From the NCBI GenBank assembly GCA_043812975.1, contig JBDRLP010000064.1:1-12328 (forward strand): 12,328 nucleotides of DNA, written 5' to 3'. How positions within the stretch are numbered: the first letter of the stretch is position 1; each line of letters begins with the position of its first letter. The notes under the pieces are model-generated. The model searched no databases, was not told the DNA's origin, and worked only from the letters and a program-made list of their open reading frames with translations. The translations under genes were made by a program, and so were the position numbers. Positions 1-6,245 of the stretch are shown here, in pieces. The stretch comes from Candidatus Iainarchaeum sp. (lineage in GTDB: Archaea; Iainarchaeota; Iainarchaeia; Iainarchaeales; Iainarchaeaceae).

Positions 1-1230
1 CCAGATCTTTTCGGAATACCTAATGTTGAAGTAGAGGAAAACTCAGGAGTAAACTCAAACCTAATAGACCTTTGGGATTACGCTGATGATTTTGAAGATT
101 TTGATTACCAATTAGATTTCAGAATAGTAACAGAAACAAACTCGGCTTTGGTTGATTGTTTCATAGAACTTGACAGATACTTAAGCTGTGATGTTGAACA
201 AGCAAACTCAGTAGGTTCAAGCTCAGTAACTGTAGAAGTAGAAGATACAGACGGAGCAACTGATTTGGATAGTTTTACTGTTAGTGTAATCTCAAGCAAT
301 GACAGACCAAATTTAAGCGGAATACCAGATGTTAAAGTTGATGAAAACGATGGTTTCCAGAACAATATTATAGATCTTTTTGATTACTCATATGATAATC
401 AGGATTCAGATTCAGAATTAGATTTTGTAATTACAAACCAGACTAACTCTGGTTTAATAGATTGTTTTATTGATTCAGACAGGTATGTTGACTGTGATGC
501 TCCTAATAATGACCAAACAGGAACAAACACAATAACTGTAAGAGTAAGAGATACGGATGGATCAACAGATACAGATACTTTCAGAGTAATAGTAATAGAA
601 CTCGATACTAACGAAGATCCAATATTATCAGGAATACCAGATGTGGAAGTTAATGAAAACGACGGGGTTCAGAACAACATTATAGATTTGTTCCCTTATG
701 CTTCAGACAACGAAGACACTGATTCAGAATTAAATTTCGAAATTGTTAACCAGACAGACCCTGATCTTATATTTTGTGAAATAGATCAGGACAGATATAT
801 TGACTGTGACCCTCCAAGAACAAATGACACAGGAACTAACACAATTACTGTAGAAGTAACTGATAGAGATGGGGCAACTGATCAGGATACTTTCAGAGTT
901 ATAGTAAAAGATAATGGTAATGGCGGAAGCAATGATGCTCCAAGAATTAGTGGTTTGCCGGATCTTGAAATAGAGGAAAACTCAGGGCAAAGAAACAACT
1001 TGGTGGATTTACATTCATACGCTTTTGATAGCGAAGATTCTGACTCAGAATTAGATTTCAGGATTTCTAACCAGAGCAACACAAGCCTCATTTACTGTAC
1101 AATTGATCAGGATAGGTACTTTGAGTGTGAAGCTCCAAGAAATGATTATACAGGCACAAGCACAATTACGATTGAAGTAGAAGATACAGACGGAGCAACA
1201 GATTCAGATACTTTTACAATAGAAGTTACA
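1..1230 (+). repeat. Four tandem cadherin-like (Ca-binding Ig-fold) domain repeats, ~300-320 bp each
   Basis: Units start near 1, 298 (NDRP), 610 (NEDP) and 931 (NDAP). Consensus PxxxGxPxxxxxENxGxxxNxxDLxxY..D..D.D..L.F.I....C.I..DRY..C.....G...ITV.V.D.DG.TD.D.F. An exact 26-bp match links 235-260 and 1174-1199. Confidence 0.9.
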
Positions 1231-3081
1231 GCACAAAACTCAGGAGTATGCTCAGATATTGATATTGTTACAAGAACCATTTTCATTGATGAAGATGACA
1301 CAGAAACAATAAGGTTTGACATCATAAACAGAGGAGACGATGATTTCAGAGTATTTGATGCAGATGTTGATGTAACAAACAACAGCACTTATTTAGACGC
1401 AAGAGACCTTGATTTTGATACCTTAATCAGAGAAAATGATGAAGGGGAAATAGAAATAAGATTAGACAGCTCTAGTGTTTCAAGCGACAAAGAAGCAACA
1501 GTTAAAGTAAGAATCAGAGGAGAATTTGACAACGGAAGAAGTTGTAGTTTCTCAGATATTGAAGAATCGTTCAGAGTATGGATTGACAACGAAGGGTCAG
1601 GCGGAAGCACAAGCAATTCCTGTTCAGATATTGATTTTAAACAGAGAACAGTTTCAATGGATGAATCTGACACTGAAACATTCAAGTTTGATGTTGAAAA
1701 CAATGGAAATGACGATTTTAGAATTACAGATGTAGATGTTTACGAAAGCAGCTCATATTTGAGCGTAGTTGATTTTGATGACAGAGGCACAATAAGAGAT
1801 AATGATGACCTTGAACTTGAAATAGAACTAAGAAGCAACAGTGTTTCAAGCGACAAAACAGCAACTGTTTACGTTGACATAAGAGGAGAATTTGATGATG
1901 GAAAAACCTGTAGCTTTTCACAAATCGGCAGGGAATCATTCAAAGTTGAAATCGAAAACTCAGGAAGTTCAGGAAGCAGCACTAGTTGCAACGATATAGA
2001 AATTGATGCTTCAGACGTAACAATACAGGAAGACAGTTCAAGAACAAAAATAATCAAAATAAAAAATGACAACAGCAGAAACTTTGAAGTTGATAATATT
2101 ACTGTTTCAGAAAGCAATTCTTACTTTAATATCAGCACAATAAATGAACCTGAAAGAATCTCAGCTAACGATGACGGAGAACTTGAAATTAAAATATACA
2201 CAAACAGCGTTTCAAGTGACAAAAGCGGAGATGTAGAGGTAAGGGTTTCAGGAGAATTCAGCAACGGAGTAAACTGTTCAGGCTCAAAAATAACAGAAAA
2301 GTTTAAGGTTACAGTAGATAACACGGAATCAGGAAGCTCAAACAACGATGATTTTAGTGGTTCTGTAAAAGTAGACTTTTCAAACAACTTTGCAATCTTA
2401 GAAAAAGGGCAAACCAAAAACATTAATGTTACAATCAAAAATGGTTTGAATGACAGGCAATGTTTTGATTTAAGTGCTAATGATACTACAGTATTCACAA
2501 CCTCCCTATCAAGCACAGAAGTATGTATTGCTGAGAACGGCACAGAAACAATCAGCATGAGTATAACCGGAAGGAACTCAGGAACAGATAATGTAAAATT
2601 CAAGGCCGAGTATGATGGTATTTCAAAGATTAAATTTGTAAGCGTGGAAGTTCTGGACGATGGAAGCACCACAGGAGACAGACCACAAATAAGTATTCCT
2701 GATGATCCAGCAGATCTTTTCAGGGATAATGAAATAATCCTTACAAACTCAGGAACAGAATTAAGAAACGTTACAATAAGGGCTTTGAACGCACCAGAAG
2801 GAGTTAATATTGAAGAAGTTTACCTAAGCAGATGGGAAACAGGAGAAACCCTCGGAATAGAAGTTGATGTAGAACCTGGTTTTGACGGAGTTGTTGATAT
2901 TACCTTAAGCATTAGCTCAGATTCAGGCTCAATAGGAGTACCAGTAGAATTCAGAGCAAGCGAAGGTCAAGGTTTTACAGGACTAGTTGGATTGGCAACC
3001 ACTGCAGGAATGGCCATTGGATTGATTATAATCGTGGTTTTAGTCATATTAGGCATTTTAAGCATATTTTCAAAGAAATAA
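1..3081 (+). CDS. Large cell-surface protein, 5'-truncated: at least 4 cadherin-like repeats, 3 Cys-bracketed Ig-like repeats, further Ig-like domains and a C-terminal TM anchor
   Basis: Frame 1 is open from base 1 (PDLFGIPNVEVEENSG...), so the TTG at 148 is internal. ~100-aa repeats carry N(D/E)xP, DxED/DNQD and D(T/R)DG acidic motifs and C-x9-C. The C-terminus is GFTGL...MAIGLIIIVVLVILGILSIFSKK*. The protein is very Asp/Glu-rich. Confidence 0.9.
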   Translation, partial: PDLFGIPNVEVEENSGVNSNLIDLWDYADDFEDFDYQLDFRIVTETNSALVDCFIELDRYLSCDVEQANSVGSSSVTVEVEDTDGATDLDSFTVSVISSNDRPNLSGIPDVKVDENDGFQNNIIDLFDYSYDNQDSDSELDFVITNQTNSGLIDCFIDSDRYVDCDAPNNDQTGTNTITVRVRDTDGSTDTDTFRVIVIELDTNEDPILSGIPDVEVNENDGVQNNIIDLFPYASDNEDTDSELNFEIVNQTDPDLIFCEIDQDRYIDCDPPRTNDTGTNTITVEVTDRDGATDQDTFRVIVKDNGNGGSNDAPRISGLPDLEIEENSGQRNNLVDLHSYAFDSEDSDSELDFRISNQSNTSLIYCTIDQDRYFECEAPRNDYTGTSTITIEVEDTDGATDSDTFTIEVTAQNSGVCSDIDIVTRTIFIDEDDTETIRFDIINRGDDDFRVFDADVDVTNNSTYLDARDLDFDTLIRENDEGEIEIRLDSSSVSSDKEATVKVRIRGEFDNGRSCSFSDIEESFRVWIDNEGSGGSTSNSCSDIDFKQRTVSMDESDTETFKFDVENNGNDDFRITDVDVYESSSYLSVVDFDDRGTIRDNDDLELEIELRSNSVSSDKTATVYVDIRGEFDDGKTCSFSQIGRESFKVEIENSGSSGSSTSCNDIEIDASDVTIQEDSSRTKIIKIKNDNSRNFEVDNITVSESNSYFNISTINEPERISANDDGELEIKIYTNSVSSDKSGDVEVRVSGEFSNGVNCSGSKITEKFKVTVDNTESGSSNNDDFSGSVKVDFSNNFAILEKGQTKNINVTIKNGLNDRQCFDLSANDTTVFTTSLSSTEVCIAENGTETISMSITGRNSGTDNVKFKAEYDGISKIKFVSVEVLDDGSTTGDRPQISIPDDPADLFRDNEIILTNSGTELRNVTIRALNAPEGVNIEEVYLSRWETGETLGIEVDVEPGFDGVVDITLSISSDSGSIGVPVEFRASEGQGFTGLVGLATTAGMAIGLIIIVVLVILGILSIFSKK
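1249..2325 (+). repeat. Three tandem ~123-aa beta-rich repeats (C[SN]DI...SVSSDK...GEFxxGxxCS) joined by Ser/Gly linkers
   Basis: Units start at 1249, 1621 and 1987 (spacing 372 and 366 bp). The exact 18-mer agtgtttcaagcgacaaa occurs at 1474-1491 and 1840-1857. Confidence 0.9.
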
Positions 3082-3083
3082 AC

Positions 3084-3089
3084 TTTTTT
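3084..3089 (+). terminator. Oligo-T archaeal terminator candidate after the first gene
   Basis: TTTTTT lies 2 nt after the TAA stop at 3079-3081. Confidence 0.45.
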
Positions 3090-3097
3090 CAAACAAA

Positions 3098-3111
3098 GAA
3101 ACATTTATATA
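3098..3111 (+). promoter_or_regulatory. Archaeal BRE+TATA promoter for the 3164-9413 gene run
   Basis: gaaaca followed by TTTATATA (3104-3111). Predicted start near 3134 gives a ~30-nt leader. Confidence 0.6.
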
Positions 3112-3163
3112 TGAGCTAAGCAGCAATAGATATAACAAAGTCGAGTGAACAAGTGAACTTATT

Positions 3164-3982
3164 ATGAAATTGTGGGGATTATTAATTTTGGTTTTAGCAT
3201 TGCTCTTATCAACAGGAGCATCAGCTTTTGTGAATAGCCTAGAAAACACAATCAGTGTTGGCGAGACAGCTTACGAATTATCTTACACAGTTGAAAACAC
3301 TTCAAACATTAAACAACCACTTACAGTCGATTATGATTTGCCAACTGATTTTGAAATTGTTAAGCAACCAAATTATGTTAACGCAAACTCAACACAGGAA
3401 ATTGTTGTAAAAATTTTACCACAGCAAGGGTTTGAAGGAACAACTTATACTGGAATGATTACAATTAACCTCGGCGGAAACAAAGCTGAAAAAAGAATTA
3501 ATGTTTCATACTTAAAAGAAAACACCTGTACTGTTGAAAGAGAAGTTTCAGTAGAGGAAGATAAGGTTACAATTTTACTTAAAAATAATTCTTACAATGG
3601 CAAAACAATGAAATTATCTGAGGTTAAGAATCTGCCAAATGATTGGGTTCTTAATACGGGTGCAAGTTTTGTTCTGAACAGTTTTGAAAAGAAAACTTAT
3701 GAACTTGAATTGCAAAAAGAAAGTTCATTTGATGGAGAACTTGAATTCGTTTTTGAATGTCAAGGAGAAACTTTTACAAACAAAGTAAAAGTAAAACATG
3801 AAGGAAATGATTTCACTGGTTTTGCAATCGCAGGAAGTGCGCTTTATAGTGTTGATTCTGAATTAATCATTGATATTTTCTTGGTTATCATAGCGGCAAT
3901 ATTACTGATAGCTTTTATCGCAAGACTAGTAAAAGTTTTGAATTCAGACGGAAAGCAGACAAAAATCGAGGTGGACCAATGA
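3164..3982 (+). CDS. Small secreted, membrane-anchored surface protein with two probable Ig-like domains
   Basis: Signal peptide MKLWGLLILVLALLLSTGASA, beta-rich body, FTGFAI motif, then TM helix LIIDIFLVIIAAILLIAFIA followed by RLVK. Confidence 0.85.
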   Translation: MKLWGLLILVLALLLSTGASAFVNSLENTISVGETAYELSYTVENTSNIKQPLTVDYDLPTDFEIVKQPNYVNANSTQEIVVKILPQQGFEGTTYTGMITINLGGNKAEKRINVSYLKENTCTVEREVSVEEDKVTILLKNNSYNGKTMKLSEVKNLPNDWVLNTGASFVLNSFEKKTYELELQKESSFDGELEFVFECQGETFTNKVKVKHEGNDFTGFAIAGSALYSVDSELIIDIFLVIIAAILLIAFIARLVKVLNSDGKQTKIEVDQ

Positions 3983-4071
3983 TTAGTTCAAACAAGTCTA
4001 GAAAAGTCCTACCGAGCACAAGCGAGGTGGACGCGTACCCCACCGACGCAACGGTGGAGGTGGACCAATGA
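3979..4071 (+). CDS. Putative 30-aa translational-coupling mini-ORF (MISSNKSRKVLPSTSEVDAYPTDATVEVDQ*)
   Basis: The ATG at 3979 is preceded by SD GAGGTG and overlaps the upstream stop (ATGA). There is no internal stop. Its TGA (4069-4071) overlaps the ATG at 4068. It is not in the ORF track. Confidence 0.45.
   Translation: MISSNKSRKVLPSTSEVDAYPTDATVEVDQ
4006..4057. repeat. Double-hairpin micro-element, copy 1 (REP-like or structured RNA motif)
   Basis: gtcc(t)acc-GAGCACAAGCGA-ggtggac, linker GCGTACC, then ccaccg-ACGCAA-cggtgg. Homologous to 9414-9467. Confidence 0.8.
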
Positions 4072-6239
4072 ACTTTTTAAAACATGCAATACTAGCAATA
4101 ACATTAATTTTAATTTCAATGACAGCAATAGCTGCATCAACTCCGGAAATCGAAGGAGTTCCAGATATTACTATTCAAATGAACGCTGATCCAATGGAAA
4201 AGTTTGTTGACCTAAGGGATTATGCAAAAGATGATTTTTCAAGCGCAGGAAATTTGTTTTACAAAATAAAAAACGAATCCAATGTACACTTAATTGATTG
4301 TTTTATTGAAGATGATTATTATGTTAGTTGTGAAGCTCCAATGAACGGAGTTTTGGGAACAAACACAATCACTGTTCAGGTTATTAACTCAAAAGGAACA
4401 GCTGATGATGATTCGTTTAATGTAAAAGTTTTTTCAGACGCAGTTCCTGAGCAGGTTATTTTCTCAGTTGACAGAGACGAAGTAATAATTGAACCAAGCG
4501 ACTCAATCAACGTTGTTCTTACAATAGAAAACCAATACCCTGAAAGAAAATGCTTTGAATTAGATGCTGAACTCGATCATGATGAAAGAGACGATATAAG
4601 GGCTGTTCCTGCAAAGGACAGTTTTTGTTTGAATGCAAACGAAAAAACAAGCCTTTCAATGACTATTACAAGCTTTGATGATGCTAGAGCAGATTTTTAC
4701 GATGTTGATGTAATCCTCGATTATGGCAACGGAAGCAGAGAATTAAGAGTAGATGTGGAAGTTGTTGATTTAGAAAACCCACTGGAACTTGTCAGAACAA
4801 GTGACTATTATGTTTGCAGAACTCCTTACACTCAGGAAATTGAAGTAAGGCTTGAAAACAATTCAAACAGATACCAGGAAATTCAATTAAACGCAGAACA
4901 CGAATTATTGATGCCTGAGTTTGAATACCCGGTAACAAGATTAGCTGCAAATGATTCTGATGAAATGGTTATGAGAATTCATGTTAACCAGACTACAGCA
5001 TTAACTGATTACACAATACCGGTTTTCATCAGAAGTGAAAATCATTTTGTTGAAAGAGACATTAAAATCAGGTTAATTGCTTGTGAAGATAATGTTTTTG
5101 ATCTTGATGTTACTCCAAACGAACAAAGAATTGAAAGAGGAGACAGGGAATTCTACACAGTAATCCTTACAAGTGCTGATGATGAAGCACAGAATGTAAG
5201 ATTAAGTGTTGATAGTGATTTACCAGCAGAACTTGAAAGTTATAATGTTTACTTGCAGGCTTATGGTGAAGTAAAACTTGACCTAGAGGTTAGAGCAAGA
5301 GAAAGCGATGATGACGGAAACCATAAGATTAAAGTTACAGCATGGAATAGCAAAGAAACAGAACAAGAAACTGTAAAAGCAATAGTTGAATCTGAACACA
5401 AACTTGAAATGATTATAGAAAATAATGACTTTGAAGCAAGAATCTGTTCAGCAACTGATGGACAGGTATTCGAAGCAAGAATCCTGAACACAGGAGACTA
5501 TGATGAAACAGTAGAACTTACACTTGCACACGTACACGAGTCTATACAGGCGATTCTCTCCGAGGATGAAATTGATATAGAGGCAGGGGGAGAGAAAACA
5601 GTGTACGTGTTCATAAATCCTTCATACGGAACACCGCTTGGAAACTACACATTAACTTTAATAGCTGAATCAGATCACGATGAACTGAGGGAACAGCTAA
5701 GATACAAAGTAGTTGAAGCAGAACAAAACGCAATCGAGGGAATAATTGAAATAACTTCATACCCAAGAGAAGTTGTTCTTGTTCCGGGTGAAGAAAAATT
5801 ACTTAGCTTTACAATAAAAAACCCGCTTTACGGAAGAATGGATAATGTAAGATTAAGATTCTTTGGAGCAAATAACGGAATAACTGTTTTTCCAATGAGC
5901 TTAGGTTCATTAGAAGCAGGAGAAAGCATTACAGTTAAGAGAACAATAAAGGCTTCAGAATCAGTATCAGAAAAAACATACGATTCAGTGATTGAAGTCA
6001 GGGCAGATGGCTATGTAACCGCTGTTCCAATGAGGATTAAAATCACAGAAACTCCGGAAAAAGAAATTGACGAAGAAGCCGGTTTACTGGCAGGATTCGC
6101 TGTTTTAGGCGGAGGAGAGATAATTCTCGGAGGGGTTATAATTATAATACTTCTCTTAGCAATAATAGTAATGTTGTCACTACTTAACAGTAACGAATCA
6201 AAAGGGACAGAATACTTAACAGAAAACAATGGGACGTGA
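4068..6239 (+). CDS. Secreted membrane-anchored surface protein: one N-terminal cadherin-like domain plus several CARDB/NEW3-like (COG1470-type) Ig domains
   Basis: SD GGAGGTG, signal peptide MNFLKHAILAITLILISMTAIA. Approximately 4143-4430 aligns with the repeats of the first gene (LIDCFIEDDYYVSCEAP...GTNTITV). Recurrent NxG...L...GExK...G.Y...v.a patterns. LAGFAV motif, then TM helix. Confidence 0.85.
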   Translation: MNFLKHAILAITLILISMTAIAASTPEIEGVPDITIQMNADPMEKFVDLRDYAKDDFSSAGNLFYKIKNESNVHLIDCFIEDDYYVSCEAPMNGVLGTNTITVQVINSKGTADDDSFNVKVFSDAVPEQVIFSVDRDEVIIEPSDSINVVLTIENQYPERKCFELDAELDHDERDDIRAVPAKDSFCLNANEKTSLSMTITSFDDARADFYDVDVILDYGNGSRELRVDVEVVDLENPLELVRTSDYYVCRTPYTQEIEVRLENNSNRYQEIQLNAEHELLMPEFEYPVTRLAANDSDEMVMRIHVNQTTALTDYTIPVFIRSENHFVERDIKIRLIACEDNVFDLDVTPNEQRIERGDREFYTVILTSADDEAQNVRLSVDSDLPAELESYNVYLQAYGEVKLDLEVRARESDDDGNHKIKVTAWNSKETEQETVKAIVESEHKLEMIIENNDFEARICSATDGQVFEARILNTGDYDETVELTLAHVHESIQAILSEDEIDIEAGGEKTVYVFINPSYGTPLGNYTLTLIAESDHDELREQLRYKVVEAEQNAIEGIIEITSYPREVVLVPGEEKLLSFTIKNPLYGRMDNVRLRFFGANNGITVFPMSLGSLEAGESITVKRTIKASESVSEKTYDSVIEVRADGYVTAVPMRIKITETPEKEIDEEAGLLAGFAVLGGGEIILGGVIIIILLLAIIVMLSLLNSNESKGTEYLTENNGT

Positions 6240-6245
6240 AACAAG

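Larger units (their letters stand above)
3968..4071 (+). repeat. 15-bp direct repeat GAGGTGGACCAATGA (SD plus overlapping start/stop) flanking a structured insert
   Basis: Exact copies at 3968-3982 and 4057-4071. A third partial copy, GAGGTGGAC, is at 4024-4032. Confidence 0.9.

Noticed and set aside
148..150. ORF-track start of the 977-aa protein
   Set aside because: The frame is open back to base 1 and encodes the first half of a repeat unit. The true start lies upstream of the window.
2971..3081. Canonical PGF-CTERM archaeosortase signal
   Set aside because: The Pro of PGF is absent in all four proteins. It is reported instead as a variant motif.
3968..4065. Three GAGGTGGAC copies read as a mini-CRISPR array
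   Set aside because: The repeat is too short, the spacing is irregular (56 and 33 bp) and there are no cas genes. A junction duplication plus a hairpin arm explains it better.
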